Shown here: piece by piece, positions 18,454-27,092 of the stretch
Position numbering within the stretch: position 1 is the stretch's first letter
Layout: each line of letters begins with the position of its first letter
NCBI GenBank assembly: GCA_963666345.1
Contig: OY762721.1
Span: 32,001-96,000 of the forward strand
Direction of reading: 5' to 3'
Source: Desulfatiglandales bacterium
Lineage (GTDB): Bacteria; Desulfobacterota; DSM-4660; Desulfatiglandales; Desulfatiglandaceae
DNA: 64,000 nucleotides
Program-made: the position numbers and the translations under genes
The notes under the pieces: generated by a model
What the model was told of the DNA's origin: nothing
The model's database searches: none
The model's input: only the letters and a program-made list of their open reading frames with translations

Positions 18454-20338
18454 CGGGTTCTTCCCTTTGGCAGATCTCCTGCCTTTTAGGACAAAAAGGG
18501 TAAAAGGCGCAACCTTCAATATCCTCTGTTAGCCGCAGATGATCAACACTCACCTTACATGTCCCTGATGCGCTTTCAATCAGAAGCATGGTATAGGGAT
18601 GGACAGGCCGGGAAAGGATGAGGGAGGCCCGTCCAAACTCCACAATCCTTCCTTTAAGCATCACCGCAATTTTATCGCTTACCTTTCTGGCAAGGCCGAC
18701 GTCGTGACTTACAAAGATGGTGGTAAGGCCTTTTTCTGTCTGGAGATGCAAAAGCAGCTTTAGGACCTTTGCCTGAACGCTTGGGTCAAGAGAGCTTGTA
18801 GGCTCGTCCGCTATCAGAAGGGAAGGGGAAAGAACAAGGGCCCTGGCGATGCAGACCCGCTGAAGAGCACCCATGTTAAGCTCATGGGGGTAACGGCCAA
18901 GAAAGGAATCATCTGTTGAAAGATGAACCTCTGACAGGGCCTTTTGTACGAGATCTTTGACTTTGTGCCGGTCAGCCGCCCTGCCATGGATCCTTAGAGG
19001 TTCGGCTACCGCATCAAAAACGGAAAACCTGTGGCTTATTGATTCAGCCGGGTTTTGATATATTATACCTATCCTCTTTGAAAGGCTTTTAAAGTCTCGT
19101 TTAATCCATGTATCCATATCCTGAGCTTCAAAGGATCGTTTTCCCTTGTCAGGTTTTATGATACCGGCCGCTGTCATGGCCAGAGTGGTCTTGCCCGAGC
19201 CCGTCTCTCCGACTATAGAGACAAATTCCCCTGCCTTAAGGATGAAATCGAGCGGCTTAAGGGCAATGATGTCGCCGTAATTTTTGGATACACCATTGAG
19301 ACTCAAGATATCCACGATACCTTTTCTGAGGCACCTGAGCTGGTGGGTTCCAACTTGCTCGATTTCCACAAAACCATGTCCGCATTCTTCTGTCGCCTGT
19401 GTGCACCTGTCGTAAAAAAGGCATCCCGTGGGAGGGGCGTGTCCGTCTTTGTGGGCTGATTCAGGGGCCTTTATGTGTGAGTGTCTGTAGCGTTCCCTGT
19501 CTTTGTGGCCATGCTGGTGTATGAGCCTGTAAAAGGCGTCACCCTTGATCCCGCCCAGATCCCTTGCGGTATCCATTGAGGGGAAAGACCTTCCCAGGGC
19601 CATTGTGTATGGATGAGAGGGGTTTGAAAGCATCTCGGCAGAGGGGAGCGTTTCCATGACCTGGCCCAGATAGAGGAGCGCCATCCTTTCTGAATTCCGG
19701 ACGGCGAATTCAAGGTCATGGGTTATCAGAAGTATCGATTTACCTCTGTTTGTCGCCTTTCTTATGATCTCCGCGACAAAATCCTTGCTTAGGACATCGA
19801 GGGCGGATGTGGGCTCATCGAGTATAATCACCTCCGGATCGAGTATGTTGGCCATGGCTATCAGACAGCGCTGCACCTGGCCGCCGCTCAGCTGGTGTGG
19901 GTATTTTCGGTGGTACCGGCTGGAAAGGCCCATCTCCTCCAGAGCCGTGGCTGCAATTTGGATGGCCTCCCTTTTACCTGAACCCCGGTGCTGTAAATAA
20001 GGCTCGGCTACCTGATCCAGTACGGTATAGACCGGGTTAAGACTGGCTGCACCGTCTTGAAAAACCATTGAAAGCCTTTCCCACCTCAGCCGGTTAAGTG
20101 AATGCTCGTCAGAATAGTCGATTTTTTCCCCGCCAAGCAGTATGTCACCTTCTTTGTCCGCGTTTTCAGGAAGAAGACCGAGGCATGCCTTTCCCAGTGT
20201 GGTTTTACCTGAGCCTGATTCTCCCACCAGGGAAAGGCATTGCCCAGGTTTTATCTCAAGACTCACTTTCTCAATGGCCTGTATGCTGTGCCCGCCGTCT
20301 TTATACACGACGCTTATGTCCCTTATTTCTAAGCTCAT
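18395..20338 (-). CDS. Fused double ABC ATPase (OppD/F, NikD/E type) with His-rich linker
   Basis: Two Walker A motifs (GESGSGKT, GETGSGKT), DEPT twice, YPHQLSGG, Cys-rich C-terminal domains. ATGA overlap with the upstream permease. Confidence 0.92.
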   Translation of the reverse strand: MSLEIRDISVVYKDGGHSIQAIEKVSLEIKPGQCLSLVGESGSGKTTLGKACLGLLPENADKEGDILLGGEKIDYSDEHSLNRLRWERLSMVFQDGAASLNPVYTVLDQVAEPYLQHRGSGKREAIQIAATALEEMGLSSRYHRKYPHQLSGGQVQRCLIAMANILDPEVIILDEPTSALDVLSKDFVAEIIRKATNRGKSILLITHDLEFAVRNSERMALLYLGQVMETLPSAEMLSNPSHPYTMALGRSFPSMDTARDLGGIKGDAFYRLIHQHGHKDRERYRHSHIKAPESAHKDGHAPPTGCLFYDRCTQATEECGHGFVEIEQVGTHQLRCLRKGIVDILSLNGVSKNYGDIIALKPLDFILKAGEFVSIVGETGSGKTTLAMTAAGIIKPDKGKRSFEAQDMDTWIKRDFKSLSKRIGIIYQNPAESISHRFSVFDAVAEPLRIHGRAADRHKVKDLVQKALSEVHLSTDDSFLGRYPHELNMGALQRVCIARALVLSPSLLIADEPTSSLDPSVQAKVLKLLLHLQTEKGLTTIFVSHDVGLARKVSDKIAVMLKGRIVEFGRASLILSRPVHPYTMLLIESASGTCKVSVDHLRLTEDIEGCAFYPFCPKRQEICQREEPVMKQADQRGVACHFSATIS

Positions 20339-21195
20339 CGGTTTTTTCCTATAAGGGCCTCTCTCAAACGTGGATCAAGTGCCTTTTCAAGACTTATTGC
20401 AAGAAACGTGGCCGTCATAATAAGCAGAGAGAGACAGATTATCGGTGGAAATATCCAGTTCCACCATATATCCATGTAATAAAATTTGATGGAATAACTG
20501 ATCATCATTCCAAGTGACTTGCGGCAAGGATCAAACAGGCCTAGAAAGGCAAGGGACGCCTCCATAAATATGGCCATTCTGGCCTTTGCAGCAAAACCTA
20601 TCAGGTAGAGCGGGTATAGCTCCGGAAGCAGATGACGAATGATAATGTAACAGCTTCCTCCACCCATTTGTCGGGCGGCCCTAACGTGCAGGCTGTTTTT
20701 AAGTGAGAGGGTCTGGGCGCGGATCGCTTTGGCTATAGTGGGCCACATGAGTCCGGATAGTATTATCGCCAGAATTTCCGGCGAAGGCCTGAATAGTGCT
20801 GCTGCGAGTATAAGGACCATTATCGCCGGTATTGCAAGGAGGATGTCCGCGAGCCGCATAAGAAGCGAGTCGGCAATACCCTCGAACCAGCCTGAAGCGG
20901 TGCCTGCAACAACTCCTATCACAAGCGCTGCAAGTCCGCTTAAAAGCCCGAATGCCGTGGTGTTCCTGACCGCAAAGATCAATTCGGACAAGATGTCCTG
21001 GCCCCCGTCGTTTACGCCCAGCAGGTGCGTGCCTGTAGGCGCCGATATGGGTGAGAAGGACATTTCCCATGGATCGTAAGGCGCCACAAAAGGGCCCAAG
21101 AAGGCGATTGCAGAAAAGAACAGGGCCAGAGTAAAGCCTGCAACAAAAAAGGGATCATGCATTATGTAACTGCGCATGCTAACGTGCATTTCCAA
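20335..21195 (-). CDS. Peptide/nickel ABC permease (OppC/NikC-like)
   Basis: HLLGVNDGGQDILSELI, RHLLP and EASLAFLG motifs. Confidence 0.9.
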   Translation of the reverse strand: MEMHVSMRSYIMHDPFFVAGFTLALFFSAIAFLGPFVAPYDPWEMSFSPISAPTGTHLLGVNDGGQDILSELIFAVRNTTAFGLLSGLAALVIGVVAGTASGWFEGIADSLLMRLADILLAIPAIMVLILAAALFRPSPEILAIILSGLMWPTIAKAIRAQTLSLKNSLHVRAARQMGGGSCYIIIRHLLPELYPLYLIGFAAKARMAIFMEASLAFLGLFDPCRKSLGMMISYSIKFYYMDIWWNWIFPPIICLSLLIMTATFLAISLEKALDPRLREALIGKNR

Positions 21196-22165
21196 TCCTT
21201 GGATCGATCATCCTGTAGGTGTGCTCCATGCCTAGTATGACGGCCAGGACCATTACCGAAGAAGCGAGCACAACAGCCTGAATCACGGGCAGGTCCCGAG
21301 CCTGGATAGCGTTGAAGAGAAGTGTGCCAAGGCCGGGGTATGAATTTATTCTTTCAACCACAAGGGCGCCTGTGATCATGAAGGCGAACCTTAGGCCGAA
21401 GCGGGTTACGACAGGTAAAAGGGCATTTCTGGCAGCGTGTTTATAACGTATCTTCAGCGGTGGTATGCCTTTTGCTTTTGCCGTAATAATGAACTGCGCC
21501 TTTATAACCATTATCATACTGTTTCTGGTCAGAAGGAAATTACCGGGCACATAGGCGAGGACAAGAGTCAAAAGGGGTAGAACCAGATGATGGCCGAGAT
21601 CTAAGATCCTCTCAAAAAAGGCATTCTGCGCATATGCGGTTTCAGCACCTGAGGCGGGAAACCATTGAAGATGCAAGGCAAAAATCACAAGAAGGATGAC
21701 GCCAGAGCAGATTTCTGGTATCCCCTCGAGAAGAGTCATCCCGCCTACCATCAATTTTTCGAACCGGCTGTTTTGACGCCAGACAGCCTCCACTCCCCCT
21801 ATAAATCCCACGAGAGTTGATATTATGTGGGCCGATCCCATTAGAAGAATCGTCCATAGAAGCGCGCTGAAAAACAGGGGGGCTACCGGAGTAAGAAAAG
21901 CGTAGGAATATCCCCAATCAAGACTCAAGATCCTTATAAGGTAGGACAAAAACCCTCTGTCCTCGTTATAATAGGCCTTGAGTTCTGTCTCCTGCTGTGC
22001 TGTAAGAGTGACATTTGAACTGCCGTACATGGCGGTGATAAAGTCACCCGGCAGAAGACTCGGAATCTTATAGCTGAGATATATCATAAGAAGGGCTGTG
22101 ACACAGAAAGTCACGATAATGCCGGCCCTTCTTTTTAGTTTATCTGAACCGGCCTTTGTTTTCAT
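21179..22165 (-). CDS. Peptide/nickel ABC permease (OppB/NikB-like)
   Basis: LPGD, DWGYS, TAKAKG, HAARNALLP and YPGLG motifs. Start MKTK at 22165 overlaps the SBP stop as ATGA. Confidence 0.9.
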   Translation of the reverse strand: MKTKAGSDKLKRRAGIIVTFCVTALLMIYLSYKIPSLLPGDFITAMYGSSNVTLTAQQETELKAYYNEDRGFLSYLIRILSLDWGYSYAFLTPVAPLFFSALLWTILLMGSAHIISTLVGFIGGVEAVWRQNSRFEKLMVGGMTLLEGIPEICSGVILLVIFALHLQWFPASGAETAYAQNAFFERILDLGHHLVLPLLTLVLAYVPGNFLLTRNSMIMVIKAQFIITAKAKGIPPLKIRYKHAARNALLPVVTRFGLRFAFMITGALVVERINSYPGLGTLLFNAIQARDLPVIQAVVLASSVMVLAVILGMEHTYRMIDPRIGNAR

Positions 22166-23757
22166 TTTCTTATCAGTGACAGTTTGTTCTGGGCAATCGG
22201 TATCCCGAGCGATATGCCTCCTTTTGTATAAAACCACTTGATTCCACTTTCAGGATTGTATGCCGCCATGGAAGCGGGGTAGTAGAGGGAGATTGCAGGG
22301 AGTTCGTCCGCATAGATCTCCTGTATCTTGTAGACCAGGGCCTTTCGCTTTTCAATATCCATCTCAGTTATCTGTGACCTTAGCAGGTCCAGAAGTTCTT
22401 TGTTGGCCCCGAAACGAGCCGAATTAACCGATCCGGTGATGTTGGGATTTATCATTCTGTTAAGTATGCGGGCGTCTCCCAGGAGGCCGCCGTGACCCGA
22501 TATCGCAAGATCGAACTGCCACTTTTTGACCCTGGCGTCGGTTGTGGCCTGCTCCATGTTTGCAAGTTCCACCTTTATTCCCGCCTCCTCGAGTTGTTTC
22601 CTGATCACTTCGCCGTCCCTGTCTGCGACCGATTCCCCAGCCACTGTGATGTTTGAAGACAGCAACCCCACTTTCAACGGCTTTCCATCCCTTTCATAGA
22701 AACCATCTGATCCTTCCTTATAGCCCAGGGCTTCCAGCACCCTTCGTGCCCTTGAAGTGTCATGATTGTACTGAGGGGTGTCAGGGTTGTAAAACTCATG
22801 ATCGGGGGAAAGAAGACCGAAGGACGCAGGTGATCCAAAACCTCGGTGTGCCTTCTCTATTATTTCCTGGCGGTCGATTGCGTAGGCCAGGGCTCTTCTG
22901 AAGCACTTGTCGTCAAGCGGGGCCTTTTTGTGATTTATCATCAGCTTTTTATTCCAGCCCCTTGCGTTTTCAATTATTGTCATTCCCTTTTCCAGGAGTG
23001 GCTTTGCCATGTCGGGCTTTATGTTTGCCATGTCCGCATTTCCGGTCAAGAGGGTCATTATGGGATTTCCCGCCTTTATGTATATAAGGCGATCTGTAAG
23101 AGGTCTTCCCATATAATATTGTCTGTTCGCCTCGTAGAGATAAGTCCCTTTTGTCTTGTCAAAATCGATGAATTTGAATGGGCCGGAGCCTATAAATGCC
23201 GCTGGTTCATTGAACTTCCTCGGTTCATCTACGTTTTCCCATATATGCTTCGGGATAATGGGCATGGTACCCCCGATATAGGCTATAAAGGGGGCGTAAG
23301 GTTTATGGAGGGTTATTGCAACCTCATTAGGGCCGACCTGCTCTGCCCCTTTGACCTGTTCCATCGGAACCCAGTTGTACGGGTGTTTCTTGAAATATTT
23401 TACCGTAAAGACGACATCATCCGCACTGAAAGGAGTTCCGTCATGCCATTTTATGTCGTTTCTGAGCCTGAAGACAAAACTCAATGTCTCCGGCCTGTAT
23501 TTCCAGGAAGAGGCAAGGGCGGGTAGATAACCTTTTTGGTCCTTCCAGATAAGGGTGTCAAAGACCCAGCTCATCCTAATATAACCGGGCCCTCTCGGGT
23601 AATGGCGGTAGGGATTGGGATATCCCCAGTCTCCCTTGCTGTCGGAGATGCGAATCTCTTTTAAAATCTCCTGGGCCATGAGCTGAGAAGAACTGCTTAA
23701 AATGCCAAGAATCAAGAAAGAAAAAATAAAAGTGCAAATAGTTAATCTCAATTTCAT
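22162..23757 (-). CDS. Family-5 ABC substrate-binding protein (NikA/DppA/OppA-like)
   Basis: Signal peptide; KWHDGTPFSADDVVFT, IGSGPF and RRALAYAIDR motifs. Confidence 0.92.
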   Translation of the reverse strand: MKLRLTICTFIFSFLILGILSSSSQLMAQEILKEIRISDSKGDWGYPNPYRHYPRGPGYIRMSWVFDTLIWKDQKGYLPALASSWKYRPETLSFVFRLRNDIKWHDGTPFSADDVVFTVKYFKKHPYNWVPMEQVKGAEQVGPNEVAITLHKPYAPFIAYIGGTMPIIPKHIWENVDEPRKFNEPAAFIGSGPFKFIDFDKTKGTYLYEANRQYYMGRPLTDRLIYIKAGNPIMTLLTGNADMANIKPDMAKPLLEKGMTIIENARGWNKKLMINHKKAPLDDKCFRRALAYAIDRQEIIEKAHRGFGSPASFGLLSPDHEFYNPDTPQYNHDTSRARRVLEALGYKEGSDGFYERDGKPLKVGLLSSNITVAGESVADRDGEVIRKQLEEAGIKVELANMEQATTDARVKKWQFDLAISGHGGLLGDARILNRMINPNITGSVNSARFGANKELLDLLRSQITEMDIEKRKALVYKIQEIYADELPAISLYYPASMAAYNPESGIKWFYTKGGISLGIPIAQNKLSLIRK

Positions 23758-23788
23758 GAGGATTCTCCCTGTTACGTTAAGATAAAAT

Positions 23789-23841
23789 AAAAAAAGCCAT
23801 GACAGGCACCTTCTTCAGGGAAGGTATCGCCTTCATGGCTT
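23789..23841 (-). terminator. Leader intrinsic terminator upstream of the ABC operon
   Basis: Minus strand AAGCCATGAAGGCGATACCTTCCCTGAAGAAGGTGCCTGTCATGGC followed by T7, about 30 nt before the SBP ATG. Confidence 0.75.
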
Positions 23842-23921
23842 GTATCCTTGTTTATTCCAAATTTTCGGTTTTTACTTCTGATTCAGTTGGATGCGGGCTT
23901 CCTGCCCGAGATATCCGCTAC

Positions 23922-23950
23922 CTTTTATTTTAACTCGAAGGTTTTGTCAA
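23922..23950 (-). promoter_or_regulatory. Sigma70-type promoter of the ABC operon
   Basis: TTGACA-17 nt-TAAAAG on the minus strand. Confidence 0.55.
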
Positions 23951-24035
23951 TGACTTTTGGGTGTTAGTAGTAGTAAAACAGATCTAATATTAAAAGAATG
24001 AAGGAGATATTTATCTGAAGGTGTAAGGAGAAAGC

Positions 24036-24227
24036 TTGAATATGAATGAAAGGAATGTGGAATTTCTTATATGCCCCAGAAAGAAGGGAAATCCGAGAAT
24101 GCATGTGGATCTGTGCAGCGTGTGCAGGTGGAATCTGAAATGTCCCGCTTATGGTGAATACCGTCAACCGTTGCTTCTCATGAATTATAGAGATGAAGGC
24201 AGGAAAAGAAAAAACAGGCACCGTTAG
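24036..24227 (+). CDS. Small Cys-rich hypothetical protein
   Basis: AAGGAG SD; C-x13-CxxC-x5-C pattern; ends 26 nt before the URO-D-like gene. Confidence 0.55.
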   Translation: MNMNERNVEFLICPRKKGNPRMHVDLCSVCRWNLKCPAYGEYRQPLLLMNYRDEGRKRKNRHR

Positions 24228-24253
24228 ACGAAATATTAAAAAAAGGGCAATCC

Positions 24254-25330
24254 ATGGAATGTAAACCGGATTTTAATCGGTTCATAATGGCTGCTAATCA
24301 CAGAGAGGCGGACAGGGTTCCTCTATGTGAAGGCACTATCGGATATGCTATCCAGAGCAGGTTCCTGGGCTGTGAGGTAAAACCGGAGGATCTTGCGTCA
24401 CAGGTGCGCTTTTATGCCGAGGCGGGATATGATTATTTTCCGGTTGTGATTGCGCTGATCAGACCGGGAAAGGTTACGGAAGAGTCTAAGATCACCAGGC
24501 TCTTAAAAAAAATGGTCCTGGAAGAGAACCCGAATGAAACAGACCCTAAAAAATGGAACCTTGAATGCACGAGCTTCATCCATGACCGTATCGATTTTGA
24601 ACGTTTCCCATGGCATGCGGCCGAGATAGATTACCAACAGCTCGAAGACGTTCAGGAACTTCTGCCTGAGGGGATGAAGGTTATGGCTATAAATGGAAAG
24701 ATTTTCACTTTGACATGGATGCTAATGGGTTTTGAAAATTTCTGTATGAAACTTATGCTGGAACCTGAGCTTGTGCAGGATGTGCTTGAAAAGGTGGCGG
24801 ATATCCATTTTAGGGCGCTTGACGCCATATTGTCGAAGGAATTCGTGGGTGCGGTACGCGTAACTGATGATCTGGCATTCGGGAGCGGGCCCATAGTTGA
24901 TCCGGAATTGTTTAAACGGTTTGTACTTCCATGGTACAGAAAAATGGCTGATAAGTGTCACGAAAGAGGTCGCCTATTTATCATGCATACGGACGGAGAT
25001 GTAAGTGAGTTGATGGAAGACCTCATTGATACCGGTGTGGACGTGCTGCATCCGGTAGATCCTACATGTATGGATATATTTAAAGTAAAGAGGAAATGGG
25101 GCTCTCGGATTTCACTTAACGGAAATGTCCCTAATGAGATGCTTAGAAACGGGAGTGCTGAAGATGTAAGGAGATACACCCTAATGCTTTTGAAAGAGGT
25201 GGCTCCGGGCGGAGGATATTTTCTGGGAGCTGGAAATTCGGTACCTGATTGGTCTAATTTTGAAAATTACATGATTATGCGTGAAACAGCCATAAAAGAG
25301 GGCGCCTATCCTATAATTGTGAAGATTTGA
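24254..25330 (+). CDS. Uroporphyrinogen decarboxylase / MtaA-CmuA methyltransferase superfamily protein
   Basis: EADRVP, WMLMGFENF, DDLA, MHTDG, GNV and GGGYFLGAGNSVP motifs. Confidence 0.85.
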   Translation: MECKPDFNRFIMAANHREADRVPLCEGTIGYAIQSRFLGCEVKPEDLASQVRFYAEAGYDYFPVVIALIRPGKVTEESKITRLLKKMVLEENPNETDPKKWNLECTSFIHDRIDFERFPWHAAEIDYQQLEDVQELLPEGMKVMAINGKIFTLTWMLMGFENFCMKLMLEPELVQDVLEKVADIHFRALDAILSKEFVGAVRVTDDLAFGSGPIVDPELFKRFVLPWYRKMADKCHERGRLFIMHTDGDVSELMEDLIDTGVDVLHPVDPTCMDIFKVKRKWGSRISLNGNVPNEMLRNGSAEDVRRYTLMLLKEVAPGGGYFLGAGNSVPDWSNFENYMIMRETAIKEGAYPIIVKI

Positions 25331-25368
25331 GAATAGGTTTCTTTCCTCCTGCCCTTTTTAAATATGTG

Positions 25369-26292
25369 TTACTTTTGTTCCGAAAACCTTGTGAAGGACT
25401 TTGCATTGGCCTTGCCCTGCGCGTATATATCATGCCAGCCTTCGGGAACGGGCATTTGTTCATAGAGGCTGGTCCTGTCTGCTTCAAGCAAAAGGCGTGG
25501 GCTTTTCATGAAGTCTGCTGCGCAGAGAACCTTTTTCCCTGATTTTCTTGAAAGATCTTCCAGCCATTTAAGACCCTCCCTGCTTCTTAAAAGATGATGG
25601 TCAAGTATTAACCTGTCCACGAATGTGGCGAGTCTCAACGCGTTATTCCATGCCCTGTCACGTTGTTTATGGCTCAATCGTCCAAGGTATAATGCCGGGC
25701 CGCCGGCAATGAGGATGTCCGGCTTCCATGATACTATAAGGGAAACCGTTTTATCATCAAGGAGCTGGATGTCCGATGCATGGACAAATACCTTATCTTT
25801 TTCAATTTTGCTCATCATAACGGTCTCACGGGCGGGCGTTTCCTCTCCGTGCGGTACGGGATCGGAGAAGCTGACAGGGCCATTGCTTGTATTTCCAAAC
25901 CTCCAGTCAGCGTTAAATAGGCCTCTCAGTGAATCGAAACGAATTTTTTCGGTTTGTGACAGGCATTCAGGCCTTTTGGTCCAGATATGGACTGTTTCGG
26001 CCGGTTTGAGTAGGCTGCGTACGTCCAGTTGGTAGGGATTGGCATTCGTAAGGGGAACATGATCACCGTGAAAGTGACTGAACACGATGTCGGTGGCCTT
26101 TGCCCATACATTGATAATCCTTTCACGCACAATCTCGTCAACCGCTATCTGTGCGGGGTGTGGAGAAAGCCCGTTCCTAACGTATCCTAGGGATATCCCC
26201 GGATCGATCAGTATCTTTCGGTCACCGGCCTTTACATAACAGCAGAGGCCTCTTACGCCTAGAGACTCGGCTCCTATAATTTCAATTTCCAT
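25369..26292 (-). CDS. Metallo-beta-lactamase-fold hydrolase, UPF0282-like
   Basis: GAESLGVRG, LIDPG, SHFHGDH, HASDIQ and ILDHHLLR motifs. Start re-set to MEIEII. Confidence 0.82.
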   Translation of the reverse strand: MEIEIIGAESLGVRGLCCYVKAGDRKILIDPGISLGYVRNGLSPHPAQIAVDEIVRERIINVWAKATDIVFSHFHGDHVPLTNANPYQLDVRSLLKPAETVHIWTKRPECLSQTEKIRFDSLRGLFNADWRFGNTSNGPVSFSDPVPHGEETPARETVMMSKIEKDKVFVHASDIQLLDDKTVSLIVSWKPDILIAGGPALYLGRLSHKQRDRAWNNALRLATFVDRLILDHHLLRSREGLKWLEDLSRKSGKKVLCAADFMKSPRLLLEADRTSLYEQMPVPEGWHDIYAQGKANAKSFTRFSEQK

Positions 26293-26499
26293 AATGCGAG
26301 GCCTCTTAAAAAAACTGTTCTTTTTTGCCCATTTCAATTTTATGATCCTTGAACGTTTCTGGAACGAAACAAACCACGCCATGGTCTCTTTCTGGTCAAG
26401 ACACTTGTATCATAACCCGTTTTCTGGTAGGACATCCACAGTTTTAATAGGTCCGCCTTTGTACGAAAGCGGATAATTTATTTTCTTTGGAGCAGAAAA

Positions 26500-26802
26500 A
26501 TGTCCGGGTTCACGGAAGTCATACTGATTGTCGCTCTCATATTGGGGATTCTCCTTGTCCCCAGGATCATGAATAAAGAACAGGAGGCCAGGGTCGTGAA
26601 GAGACCGGGAAAAGGGCTGAAGCTTGCCGGCTGGATACGGCTTGGCATCCTGGCATCTTTCGTATGGCCGGGCATTATCGCAGTCTATTTGAAGCCGTGG
26701 AACGGCCATTGGCAGAGTTTTTTATGCATAGCAATCGGTCCGGTAGCCTTGGCATGGGGCATTTTCTGGGTGTCTTCAGGTTTTAGAAAAAAAGGAATAT
26801 AA
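26500..26802 (+). CDS. Small membrane protein, hypothetical
   Basis: Three hydrophobic segments; GGAG SD. Confidence 0.7.
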   Translation: MSGFTEVILIVALILGILLVPRIMNKEQEARVVKRPGKGLKLAGWIRLGILASFVWPGIIAVYLKPWNGHWQSFLCIAIGPVALAWGIFWVSSGFRKKGI

Positions 26803-27092
26803 CAAGGTCAATAAATGTCAATCTTTTGATCTTACAGTTGTTTTGCCTTCTTGTCGGTTTTTCTCCACTCAACCCACTGTTGGGATCATCGCAGGCACCT
26901 CAATTTTAAGACATGAAAATTGTTTCATCAGATTATCATAACAAAATAATCTTTGTAATAATAAGTTTGTACTGATATTAAGGATAATTAATAATAAACA
27001 ATAAGATATAACGCTAATAGATTGAGCTAATATAGTATATTGTGTTATATTTGTAATTATTTACAATATTAGATAGAATCGGAGCTGAAAGG

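Noticed and set aside
23760..23960. Cobalamin or NiCo riboswitch upstream of the ABC operon
   Set aside because: The conserved elements (GGGAA/GCCACTG/B12 box; CTGAGCAGG four-way junction) are absent.
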